Source of the DNA: Spirochaetaceae bacterium
GTDB taxonomy: Bacteria; Spirochaetota; Spirochaetia; DSM-2461
Assembly (NCBI GenBank): GCA_051531975.1
Contig: JAOPTT010000006.1
Location: forward strand, 656-64,655
Direction of reading: 5' to 3'
DNA: 64,000 bases
A program made the translations under genes and the position numbers. Under the pieces are notes generated by a model that made no database searches, was not told the DNA's origin, and worked only from the letters and a program-made list of their open reading frames with translations. Positions 33,635 to 43,335 of this stretch are shown here, one piece after another (position 1 is the first letter of the stretch; every line of letters begins with the position of its first letter).

Positions 33635-33651
33635 TTGGCACTAAAAATGCA
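33635..33651 (+). promoter_or_regulatory. sigma54 (-24/-12) promoter
   Basis: TTGGCACTAAAAATGCA, GG-N10-GC. Confidence 0.8.
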
Positions 33652-33702
33652 TTTAAATTTTAAATGTATCAAATATATTACAAAATAAAGAAGGTAGAAT
33701 AA

Positions 33703-34068
33703 ATGAAAACTATATTTGCAGTTGACGATTCCGTGACACTAAGAGCTTCTCTCAATTATACACTTACAAAAGCAGGATATGATGTAAAATTAGCCGAGGA
33801 TGGCGTAATAGCATTGGATAAGATATCTAATTATACAGATAAAATTGATTGTTTTCTGTTTGATATCAACATGCCAAATATGGATGGTATAACACTTATT
33901 AAAAAAGTTCGAGAAATTTCAAGGTTTAAATTTACACCAATTTTGTTTCTAACAACGGAAAGTCAGGAATCAAAGAAAATGGAAGGTAAGGCCGCTGGTG
34001 CTTCTGGTTGGATTATTAAGCCCTTTGATCCATTAACATTAATTTCAACGTTAAAAAAATTCGATTAA
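33703..34068 (+). CDS. cheY: CheY-like response regulator
   Basis: VDDS, FDINMPNMDG, FTPILFLTTE, GWIIKPF. Confidence 0.88.
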   Translation: MKTIFAVDDSVTLRASLNYTLTKAGYDVKLAEDGVIALDKISNYTDKIDCFLFDINMPNMDGITLIKKVREISRFKFTPILFLTTESQESKKMEGKAAGASGWIIKPFDPLTLISTLKKFD

Positions 34069-34117
34069 GGTATTTTTAAATATATCGAAAGAATATTATG
34101 GGTGAGAAGGAATATAT

Positions 34118-35374
34118 ATGATCCAGAAAATAATGGTTTCACTAATTTTATTAATGAATATAATAACTGGGTTTTTATCAAGTTTAATGAAATTTAATTT
34201 ATTCTTAAATATTTTATTATCTTTGACTTTGTTAGTTATTTTATTTTTAAAAAAAGAGAAAATAAAAATAGTCGAGATTGAGAAAGAAATTAATGAGAAA
34301 ATTGTTGTTAAAAAAGAAGAAAGTGTAGAAAACAAAATTATAGACCCGTATGAAACAATTAGACCTAAAACCTGTCATAGTTGTTCCGAGCAAATCTATT
34401 TTATAAAACAGAGTCTGCCTATTATAAAAAAGCTTTCAGAGAATTCACAGAAATTTGAAGAAGAGACTATAGATAGTCTCTTTCGAGATTTTGAAAACAT
34501 ATGGACCGAGAGTGAAACTATAGTAAAACAATCAAAAGATTCTATGAAATCTATATTTGATCCCGGTATTGAAAATAATCTAGGTTATGTATTGAACGCT
34601 TCAAAAGAGATAAATAGTGATTTTTCAAGTTTTATACCAGTATTAAGCGAGATGAACAAGCTTGCAGATAGCTTTATTAAAACCTCTATTGATAGCTTTA
34701 ATACAATTACTAAAACTACAAAAGATATTGTTGAGTTATCGGAGCAGGTTAAAGTTATCTCTATAAATGTTCGAATTGAAGCTGCTAGAGTAAAAGATAG
34801 TGGTGGTTTTAAAGTATTAGGTAATGATATTTCAAATTTTGCTGAAAAAACTGCTAAAGTTGCGAACTCTACTAATCAACAGATAAAAGAAACTTTGTCT
34901 CAAATTAATATTCTCAAGCAGGATCTTTCATTTAAATTAAATAATGTTGAAAATATGGCTAAAAATATATATGTAAAAATATCACCCTTTGAGGACATTT
35001 TAGGATCATCATCTGGTGCGATAATGGGAATTATTAAAAACTTAAATAGTGTATCAAGCAGTCTTCAAAATAATTTAAATAAATCTATTACAAAACTACA
35101 ATACCAGGATATTACTAGTCAGGAATCTGATCATGTGTTGCAATTTTTAGAACATATAGGTGAGTATGGATTTTTTAATAGAGATTTGGGTTTATACCTA
35201 TCAGAAGAGAAAAAAAATGATATTAGAAAAAGTATTATAAATTATTTAGAAGGCATTAGCACCACAAATAATGAAGAAATTGAGATTTTAGCGTTTACTA
35301 ATTTATGGGGGCTTGATATCGATATAAAAAATAGATTAAATATCAAAGCTTCTGATGAGGTAACTCTTTTTTGA
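34118..35374 (+). CDS. Atypical short MCP-like protein with CheZ-like QYQDxxxQ motif
   Basis: N-terminal hydrophobic hairpin; divergent tip ISINVRIEAARVKDSGGF; LQYQDITSQ; ends DEVTLF. Confidence 0.75.
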   Translation: MIQKIMVSLILLMNIITGFLSSLMKFNLFLNILLSLTLLVILFLKKEKIKIVEIEKEINEKIVVKKEESVENKIIDPYETIRPKTCHSCSEQIYFIKQSLPIIKKLSENSQKFEEETIDSLFRDFENIWTESETIVKQSKDSMKSIFDPGIENNLGYVLNASKEINSDFSSFIPVLSEMNKLADSFIKTSIDSFNTITKTTKDIVELSEQVKVISINVRIEAARVKDSGGFKVLGNDISNFAEKTAKVANSTNQQIKETLSQINILKQDLSFKLNNVENMAKNIYVKISPFEDILGSSSGAIMGIIKNLNSVSSSLQNNLNKSITKLQYQDITSQESDHVLQFLEHIGEYGFFNRDLGLYLSEEKKNDIRKSIINYLEGISTTNNEEIEILAFTNLWGLDIDIKNRLNIKASDEVTLF

Positions 35375-35424
35375 ATTTGAATTAAATATATAATTCAAAA
35401 AAGTTTATAAAAGGACATAATAAT

Positions 35425-37338
35425 TTGAAAAAACCAGGAATACTTTTACATTTTTTACCATTTATAATACTAGTTAGTTTTCTAATAGGTGCATATACAG
35501 ACTTTTCAAGGAAAGTTTCAGATGAAAGACATGATATGATTCAGCAATTGGCATTAACCGAATCAAATATAAATAAAGTGACAAACTATAATATAAGTAA
35601 GATGATCGGTGTGGCTACTTATATAGGTCTTAACACTGATGTAGATATTGAGGAGTTAGATTATTTTGTTCAAAAAGTTTTACCATCAGAAAATAATATA
35701 ATTAGTAATATTGGAATATTTGAGGATACAAAAGCAATCTATTTATACCCTTATGAACCAAATAAAAGTATGATCAACATTAATTTAGCTGAACTTCCAG
35801 CCTTTAGAGATGATGCTTTTATAGTTAAAAATGATTTTGAAGTTGTTATAACACAGCCAGATGAAGTAATTCAAGGTGGTGTAGGCATTGTTACTAGGTT
35901 ACCTATCGTTCTACCTAATGGTTTATACTGGGGACAAATAGGTTATATGATGAAACTTGACGATATAGTTGAAAGTTTATTTCTTAATACTGATAAATAT
36001 ACTTATTTAATAACACAATATAATAATTATAATAGCCTTACACATATTGTTTATGATTCTGGGTTTGAAGATAACTTTTTAGTAGATGAGGTTGTTATCA
36101 ATCTACCATCAGGATTTTGGATTGTTAATATAGCATATAATAATCTGTTTGAGCTTATTTCTCCTGTATTTTATATTATGATATTTTCTTCAATTTTATT
36201 TTTTGGGTTATCAATATATATTATTTCTAAGTTTAAAAGAAGTGAAAGACAATTACATTCAATAATGGATAGTATTAGTGCCTTTATATTTGTAATGACT
36301 GATACAGGAGTTTTTTTATCAGTAAACAAATCTATGCTAAATAGTTTAGGGTTAAATGAAAAAGATATCATAGGCAAATCATACAAAAATGATTCTCTAA
36401 AAGATTTACCGGGTTTTAATTTTTTTGAGAACTTTAAATTTAAAAATATTAATGAAATATATAGTGCATATGATGTAAGTTATTTAGACCAATATAATGA
36501 AAAAAAGTGGGTTCATATAACACTACAACGAATCAAAATTAATACATTTGGTGAACCAGTCATTATCGGGACTTCAATAGATCTCACCAAAGAGAAGGAA
36601 TTACAAGAAACAGTTATTCATGAAAAAAAAATGGCAGCAGTTGGACGCATGGCTGGTGGAATTGCACATGATTTTAATAATAATTTATTACAAATACAAA
36701 GTGCTAAGGATCTTTTACTTATCAATAATGAATCTTTTAATAAAAAAAGTTTAGAATATATAGATATCATTCAATTAGCTAGTGATAAGTTATCTAATTT
36801 AACTTCCAAGTTATCATCTTATTCTAAGAAAGGTTCATGGATTAAATCACCAGTTGATTTCCACAAATTAATTGTTAATCTTATTAGTGAAAATAAAACT
36901 AAATTTTCTGGGAATGTTACCATTATTCAAGAATTAACTGCAATATTATATTCTGTTCTAGGGGATATTAAGGAGTTAGAAAAAGCAGTATATAATATTA
37001 TTTTAAACTCTATTGAGTCGTTTTCTAATAATGGTGAAATTAAAATTAACACAAAAAATATTATTATTGATACAAAAGTTAAAATAAATAATAACTTTAC
37101 TTTATCCCCTGGTAATCATTTAATTATTGAAATTGAAGATAATGGGTGCGGAATAAATGAAGAAATAGTTGATAATATTTTTGATCCATTTGTTACTACA
37201 AAAGAAATTGGTAAAGGTCTAGGATTATCTGCTGTTATGGGTATAATCTCAGATCATAATGGATCAATAGATATTAAAAGTCAGGTTGGTATTAAAACCA
37301 ATATTAAAATAACTCTACCGGTATTATTAAATGTTTAA
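35425..37338 (+). CDS. Membrane sensor histidine kinase (CHASE-like, PAS, HisKA, HATPase)
   Basis: TM-flanked region with IQGGVGIVTRLPI…YWG; PAS; IAHDFNN; EDNGCGI, GKGLGL. Confidence 0.87.
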   Translation: MKKPGILLHFLPFIILVSFLIGAYTDFSRKVSDERHDMIQQLALTESNINKVTNYNISKMIGVATYIGLNTDVDIEELDYFVQKVLPSENNIISNIGIFEDTKAIYLYPYEPNKSMININLAELPAFRDDAFIVKNDFEVVITQPDEVIQGGVGIVTRLPIVLPNGLYWGQIGYMMKLDDIVESLFLNTDKYTYLITQYNNYNSLTHIVYDSGFEDNFLVDEVVINLPSGFWIVNIAYNNLFELISPVFYIMIFSSILFFGLSIYIISKFKRSERQLHSIMDSISAFIFVMTDTGVFLSVNKSMLNSLGLNEKDIIGKSYKNDSLKDLPGFNFFENFKFKNINEIYSAYDVSYLDQYNEKKWVHITLQRIKINTFGEPVIIGTSIDLTKEKELQETVIHEKKMAAVGRMAGGIAHDFNNNLLQIQSAKDLLLINNESFNKKSLEYIDIIQLASDKLSNLTSKLSSYSKKGSWIKSPVDFHKLIVNLISENKTKFSGNVTIIQELTAILYSVLGDIKELEKAVYNIILNSIESFSNNGEIKINTKNIIIDTKVKINNNFTLSPGNHLIIEIEDNGCGINEEIVDNIFDPFVTTKEIGKGLGLSAVMGIISDHNGSIDIKSQVGIKTNIKITLPVLLNV

Positions 37339-39568
37339 ATATATAACTCCAATAATATATTGGCTTTTGATTACATCATGGTCGATTATCTTTATTCTTT
37401 ATATAAAAAGAATAATAAAAAAAACAATAAGTGATAGATTAGTATTTATATTAGTAATTATATTGTCTCTAGATGCTTTTAGGTCATTATTTGAAAGTTC
37501 ATATTTTGGGATATGGTTTACTTCTTTATCTGGGATCATCAATATTAAATACTATAATTTATTATCTCAACCAGAACTAGTTTTTATACCAAAAATATTA
37601 AATTTGATTGTCGCAATATTAACAATTTTTATAATCATTAGAAAATGGATACCAGAGGAAACAAATCGAGTAAAAAACTTTGAACACAAAAATAATTTAA
37701 ATGATTTAATTTTATCAAAAATACCTGTTTCTGTTTTAATAACTGATAAAAATGGTGTAATTGAATATGTTAACAAACAATTTTGTAGTTTAACAGGTTA
37801 TGATGAGAAGGAAATTATTGGTAAAGATACTAATATTTTAAAAAGTGATTTAACTCCAAAATCAACTTATGAAGAAATGTGGTCAACAATTGAACATGGT
37901 AATGAATGGTTTGGATATTTCACAAATAAGAAAAAAAATGGAGAGATCTATTATGAGAGTGCAAGAATTAAACCATTAATTGATTCAGAAAATAATATAA
38001 CTAGTTATCTAGCTATTAAAGAAGATATTACAAAACAACACAATATTGAATTAGAAAAAAATATGTTAATTGAAGCAATAGAGCAATTATCAGCATCTGT
38101 TGAAATCCTTGATACAACTGGTAAAATTACATATGTGAATAATACATTTTTGTCTAATACTGGGTTTGATAGGGAATGTGTTTTAGGAACATATTCAAAA
38201 GAGTTCTTGGATGAAAATAAAGAGCAAAACAATATGTTAATAGACATATTATTATCGGGGGAATCATATAATCTAAGTAACATTGTTTCAAAAAATACTC
38301 GTGGTTTTATTGTAGAAGATGTAATAATTTCTCCAGTATTAAATAATTTAGGAAAAATTATTAACTTTACAACAATAAGGAAGAATGTTACAGACAATTT
38401 TAACATATCAAACGAAAAGAAAGAGTTAAGTGATCAAATTAATCAAATGCAAAGATTAGAGTCTCTTGGCCAATTAGTTGGTGGTGTAGCTCATGATTTT
38501 AATAATATATTAACAGGTATTACATCATCTGTTGAACTAATATTATTGAATCCCAATGAAATTAAGTCTAAACATCAAAAATATATAAATATAATCAAAA
38601 CATCAAGTATACGAGCTGTTGATCTAACTAAGCAATTACTAAAATTTAGTAAAAATAACGTAAATGAACTAAAACCTTTAAAATTAAAAATGGTATTAAA
38701 TGAAACTGTAAATCTATTGAAACAAACAATAGATAAGTCCATTTCAATCAATTTATATAATAATTTTAGTAATGACCATATCTTAGGTAATTATTCCACA
38801 CTACAGAGTGTTCTTCTTAATATTGGAATCAATGCAAGTCATGCAATTAGTGGTGAAGGAATAATTAAATACAATATTTCAAATATTTTTTTAAGTAATA
38901 AAATTATATTAAATAATAACTTGAATGTAAAACCTGGTGAATATTGCCTTATAGATATAACAGATACTGGGAGTGGAATATCAAAAGATAATATAGGAAA
39001 AATATTTGAACCTTTTTTCACAACTAAACCGGAAGATATTGGGACTGGTTTAGGTTTATCATCATCTCAAAGGATAATTCAAGACCACGATGGATGTATC
39101 ACTGTTAATTCAGAGATCGGACAAGGTGCACAATTTCATATATATTTACCTGTCATTAAGTCAAAAGAAAAATTAGTATCAATAATTAAGGATGATAATA
39201 TTATTGGTTCAGGTAATATCTTGTTTGTTGATGATGAAGACATTAATAGAGTCTTAGGTAAAGAATTACTTGAATCCATTGGATATACTGTAGCTATCGC
39301 ATCAAATGGTCTAGAAGCCTTAGAATTATATTCTAGTCATACAGAAACCTATGATTTGATTTTATTAGATATGATGATGCCTGGATTAAGTGGAGAAGAA
39401 GTTTTTCATAAGTTAAAAGAAATTAACCCGTCGTGTAACATTGTTATAATATCTGGATATATTCATGAAAAAAATATATCTAAATTAAAAGAAAAAGGAC
39501 TTAGTGGAGTTATTAAAAAACCTTATACAATAAATCAGCTGGGTTTATTAATAAAAGAAATTATATAA
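37331..39568 (+). CDS. Membrane PAS-PAS-histidine kinase-REC hybrid
   Basis: N-terminal TM helices, two PAS domains, VAHDFNNIL, DTGSGI, GTGLGL, REC LLDMMMP. Confidence 0.9.
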   Translation: MFKYITPIIYWLLITSWSIIFILYIKRIIKKTISDRLVFILVIILSLDAFRSLFESSYFGIWFTSLSGIINIKYYNLLSQPELVFIPKILNLIVAILTIFIIIRKWIPEETNRVKNFEHKNNLNDLILSKIPVSVLITDKNGVIEYVNKQFCSLTGYDEKEIIGKDTNILKSDLTPKSTYEEMWSTIEHGNEWFGYFTNKKKNGEIYYESARIKPLIDSENNITSYLAIKEDITKQHNIELEKNMLIEAIEQLSASVEILDTTGKITYVNNTFLSNTGFDRECVLGTYSKEFLDENKEQNNMLIDILLSGESYNLSNIVSKNTRGFIVEDVIISPVLNNLGKIINFTTIRKNVTDNFNISNEKKELSDQINQMQRLESLGQLVGGVAHDFNNILTGITSSVELILLNPNEIKSKHQKYINIIKTSSIRAVDLTKQLLKFSKNNVNELKPLKLKMVLNETVNLLKQTIDKSISINLYNNFSNDHILGNYSTLQSVLLNIGINASHAISGEGIIKYNISNIFLSNKIILNNNLNVKPGEYCLIDITDTGSGISKDNIGKIFEPFFTTKPEDIGTGLGLSSSQRIIQDHDGCITVNSEIGQGAQFHIYLPVIKSKEKLVSIIKDDNIIGSGNILFVDDEDINRVLGKELLESIGYTVAIASNGLEALELYSSHTETYDLILLDMMMPGLSGEEVFHKLKEINPSCNIVIISGYIHEKNISKLKEKGLSGVIKKPYTINQLGLLIKEII

Positions 39569-39666
39569 TTAAAATATATAACATGAAACATATTATAAGG
39601 GGCTGCATATATTATTTTATAATAAAATGAATAAAATAATTCCTGGTTTGTATATATAGTAGGAGT

Positions 39667-40188
39667 ATGTACATGAATAGAAAAATTAAAGAGAAAGAAC
39701 TTTTTAATTTAATGGTTAAAACCCATTATTCAAGAGTTTTAAATACAGCTGTTTACTATCTTAAAAATAGAACAGAAGCTGAAGATATTACTCAAGATGT
39801 TTTTTTAAAGGCCTTCCAAAAATTAGATTTTTCTAAAACTGATAAGAATAGTTTTCCTATACTTTTTCTAATTACTAAAAACCTCTGTTTTAACAAATTA
39901 AAAAGTAAAGGTTGGAAAGAGAATACATTTTTTGAATATGAAATCCCTACTAATAATCTTAATCCCGAAGATGCCTTTTTTAAAAAAGAGAATATCTCTT
40001 TAATTAATAAAGCCATTCAAAATTTAAAAGAAAAGGATAGAGAGGTTCTCATTTTAAAACATTTCCAAGATTGTTCTTATTCAGAAATCAGTGAAATATT
40101 ACATATTCCTATTGGGACTGTTATGTCTAGATTATTTAATGCTCGAAAAAAATTAGAGCAGTTACTAAAAGGAGAATATGATGAATAA
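39667..40188 (+). CDS. ECF RNA polymerase sigma factor
   Basis: AEDITQDVF region 2; SYSEISEILHIPIGTVMSRLFNAR region 4. Confidence 0.92.
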   Translation: MYMNRKIKEKELFNLMVKTHYSRVLNTAVYYLKNRTEAEDITQDVFLKAFQKLDFSKTDKNSFPILFLITKNLCFNKLKSKGWKENTFFEYEIPTNNLNPEDAFFKKENISLINKAIQNLKEKDREVLILKHFQDCSYSEISEILHIPIGTVMSRLFNARKKLEQLLKGEYDE

Positions 40189-40624
40189 TTGTGAAGAGTT
40201 TGAACTAAGTGTTCAAGCATTAGCCGATTCAGAATTAGTATTAATTGATACTGATAAACAGATGTTATTTGAGCATCTTTCGAATTGTAAAAGTTGTAGA
40301 GAATTGTATACATCTACAGTTAAATTGAATCAGAGTATAAAAATGAGTGGTGGAAGTACTCCATCGGATAAATGGTTAGATGAGTTAAATAAAAAAAAGA
40401 GTAGGACAATTTGGCAAAGAGCAGGTATTATTTTAATAATAATTCCATACATACTTATTCTTACTATAGGTATACAAGAACTTTTTGCTGATAATTCAGA
40501 AAGTTTCCTATTAAAGGTATGTATCGGGGGCATTTCATTTGGGTTTATAGTGTTATTAGTACGTACTATAATTGATAGAATAAAAGAATCTAAGAATGAT
40601 AAATATAGAGAGGTAATAAGATGA
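40178..40624 (+). CDS. Zinc-binding (ZAS) membrane anti-sigma factor
   Basis: HLSNCKSC (HxxxCxxC) plus two TM helices; overlaps the ECF gene. Confidence 0.85.
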   Translation: MMNNCEEFELSVQALADSELVLIDTDKQMLFEHLSNCKSCRELYTSTVKLNQSIKMSGGSTPSDKWLDELNKKKSRTIWQRAGIILIIIPYILILTIGIQELFADNSESFLLKVCIGGISFGFIVLLVRTIIDRIKESKNDKYREVIR

Positions 40625-40935
40625 TAATAGTAACATCGGATAATATTGAAGGAAAAAAGATTACAGATGTAAAAGGTCTAGTTAAAGGAAATACAATAAG
40701 AGCAAGAAATATTGGTCGAGATATATTAGCTGGTTTAAAAAATATTATTGGTGGAGAAGTTACTGATTATACAAAGATGATGGCAGAATCTAGAGAACAG
40801 GCTCTTGATAGAATGGAAGAATCTGCTAAAGATCTTGGTGCTAATGCAATAGTAGCTGTTCGATTTGTAACGACAAGTGTTATGGATGGAGCTGCGGAAC
40901 TATTAGCATATGGTACAGCTGTAGTTATAGAATAA
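40621..40935 (+). CDS. ybjQ: YbjQ / UPF0145 family protein
   Basis: GLKNIIGGE…ESREQALDRM…GANAIVAVRF…AYGTAV. Confidence 0.9.
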   Translation: MIIVTSDNIEGKKITDVKGLVKGNTIRARNIGRDILAGLKNIIGGEVTDYTKMMAESREQALDRMEESAKDLGANAIVAVRFVTTSVMDGAAELLAYGTAVVIE

Positions 40936-40958
40936 ATAATTTATAATAAATCTTAGAG

Positions 40959-41429
40959 TTATTTTGATAATAATTTGGTTATATATTTCTCAATTTCTCT
41001 AGGTTTAACCATAGGAGCAAAACGTTTAACAGGAATTCCTTTTTTATCTATAATAAATTTAGTAAAATTCCATTTTATTTTTCTACCAAACATGCCCTTT
41101 AAATTCTCTTTCAAAAATGTAAAAACAATATTTTCGTGGGGACCATTTACATCAATTTTTTCTAATATTGGAAATGTTACTCCATAATTTAGAGAACAAA
41201 ATTCTGTAGCAGCTTTTTGATCCCCAGGTTCCTGATAAGCAAACTGATTACAAGGATAACCTAATATAACTAACCCTTGTTCTTTATATCTTTTGTAAAG
41301 TAATTCTAATTCCTTAAATTGAGGAGTATATCCACACTTACTTGCCGTATTAACAATAAGTATTACCTTACCGTGATATTCAATAAACGCTTCATCATTT
41401 AAATCATATATACTATTTAACATATTCAC
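40959..41429 (-). CDS. Glutathione peroxidase family protein (Cys type)
   Basis: VNTASKCG, YPCNQF, IKWNFTKF. Confidence 0.92.
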   Translation of the reverse strand: MNMLNSIYDLNDEAFIEYHGKVILIVNTASKCGYTPQFKELELLYKRYKEQGLVILGYPCNQFAYQEPGDQKAATEFCSLNYGVTFPILEKIDVNGPHENIVFTFLKENLKGMFGRKIKWNFTKFIIDKKGIPVKRFAPMVKPREIEKYITKLLSK

Positions 41430-41481
41430 ATCCTTGTGTTTATAGTAATTTTTACCACGTAATTAATATAAAGTTAAGCTT

Positions 41482-42699
41482 CTACTTCTTTTTTTTCGGT
41501 TTTTTTGGCTTTAAAGCCTTAATTCTAGGGGATGGCATAAGATCTACAGTCGGTTCGAACCCATCAATGACTTTTCTTTTAATATATGTTTGGATTTGTC
41601 TCTCTATTTTTACTAGATATTCAAATTCATCTTCACTTGCAAAAGAGATTGAAATCCCTGATTCACCAGCTCTTCCTGTTCTACCAATTCTGTGGATATA
41701 ATTCTCAGGTACTTGAGGTAGATCATAATTAATTACAATAGGTAATGATTTTATATCGATACCTCTAGAAGCTAAATCAGTTGCAACTAATATTTGAGTT
41801 TCTCCATCTTTAAAATTATCTAATGAATTAGTTCGTGAAAACTGAGTTTTTTTACCATGAATAGAATCAACAATAACTCCTTTACTTTCAAGAAATCTAC
41901 ATAGCCTATCAACTCTATTTTGGCTTTTTGCAAAGACTAAAACTTTATCCCACTTGTTTTGTTTAAAAAGATGTAATAAAAGATGGGTTTTATTACTTTT
42001 GTCTACAGGATATAACCACTCTTCAATGGTATCAGCAGTAGTAATTTCTTCTTCGACTCTAATATCAATTGGATTGTATAAAATCTTTTCAGATAATATT
42101 CTTATTTCTTCTGGGAAAGTAGCAGAAAACATTAGATTTTGTCTTTTTTTAGGAAGTAGTTTAATTATTTTATCTAACTCTTCAGTAAATCCCATATCAA
42201 GTAATTTATCAGCTTCATCTAGGACTAAAGTATCTAAGCAGTCAAAATTTAGTGCATTTTTTTCAAATAAGTCTAATAATCTACCTGGAGTTGCTATTAA
42301 TATATCTGCTCCACCACGTAATTTTTGCATCTGAGGGTTTATATTAACGCCTCCTAAAACTATCTCAACTTTAATATTTAAGTATTTACTATAAGTATTA
42401 ACACTTTCACCAACTTGAACTGCAAGTTCCCTTGTTGGTACTAATATTAATGATCTTATACCCTGGTTTCTTTGAACTAATTTCTTAGTGATTTTTTGTA
42501 ATATAGGTAGAGTAAAACTGGCTGTTTTACCAGTCCCAGTTTGAGATATAGCAATTAGATCTTTATTTTTTAATAATAATGGTATTGCTCTATTTTGAAT
42601 TTCAGTTGGGGTAATATACCCTTTCTCATTTACTGCTTTACATATCTCTTTTGTTAAACCTAGTGCTTTAAAGTCATTTATATTCTCTGTCATTTTCAT
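41482..42699 (-). CDS. DEAD-box RNA helicase (RhlE-like); true start may be 42693
   Basis: Q motif, SQTGTGKT, PTRELA, DEAD, SAT, HRIGRTGR. Confidence 0.93.
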   Translation of the reverse strand: MKMTENINDFKALGLTKEICKAVNEKGYITPTEIQNRAIPLLLKNKDLIAISQTGTGKTASFTLPILQKITKKLVQRNQGIRSLILVPTRELAVQVGESVNTYSKYLNIKVEIVLGGVNINPQMQKLRGGADILIATPGRLLDLFEKNALNFDCLDTLVLDEADKLLDMGFTEELDKIIKLLPKKRQNLMFSATFPEEIRILSEKILYNPIDIRVEEEITTADTIEEWLYPVDKSNKTHLLLHLFKQNKWDKVLVFAKSQNRVDRLCRFLESKGVIVDSIHGKKTQFSRTNSLDNFKDGETQILVATDLASRGIDIKSLPIVINYDLPQVPENYIHRIGRTGRAGESGISISFASEDEFEYLVKIERQIQTYIKRKVIDGFEPTVDLMPSPRIKALKPKKPKKKK

Positions 42700-42927
42700 A
42701 TTATATTTAAATTTGAAATATATTACAAATCACTGTTTAATAATTATACTTTTATAGGAAAACTTAAGTAAAAAATCCATCTGATTTATCTTTAAAGCTA
42801 ATTATTATTTGCATTACATTGTAAAATTTGACTTATATATACTCATGTCTTAGAATTTAAAATAATAGTTATGGAATATTTGATGAGCATTTAAAATGTA
42901 AAATATTATGTATAAGGACATGACAAT

Positions 42928-43290
42928 ATGAAATCGATATTTGCAGTTGATGATAGTTCTACTGTAAGGGCTATGCTGGGGAATGTGTTAATAAAAGCTG
43001 GGTATTCTCTACATTTTGCTGAGGATGGAGTTATAGCTTTAGATATGATTAATAAAAGTTCATATAAAATAGATCTTTTTATATTTGATGTTAACATGCC
43101 TAATATGGATGGTATCGCTCTAATTAAAGATGTGAGAAAAATATCTAAATTTAAATATACTCCAGTTTTGTTTTTAACATCTGAGTCCCAATTAGTTAAT
43201 GAAGGAAAGCTAGCAGGTGCTACTGGTTGGATTGTGAAGCCTATAAATGATGATTTGTTGTTAAGTGTAATTAAAAGATTTATTAAATGA
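42928..43290 (+). CDS. cheY: CheY-like response regulator
   Basis: VDDS, FDVNMPNMDG, GWIVKP. Confidence 0.83.
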   Translation: MKSIFAVDDSSTVRAMLGNVLIKAGYSLHFAEDGVIALDMINKSSYKIDLFIFDVNMPNMDGIALIKDVRKISKFKYTPVLFLTSESQLVNEGKLAGATGWIVKPINDDLLLSVIKRFIK

Positions 43291-43335
43291 AAATTATATA
43301 TTTGTTAAATTAAAATTAATATATTAGGGGATTTT

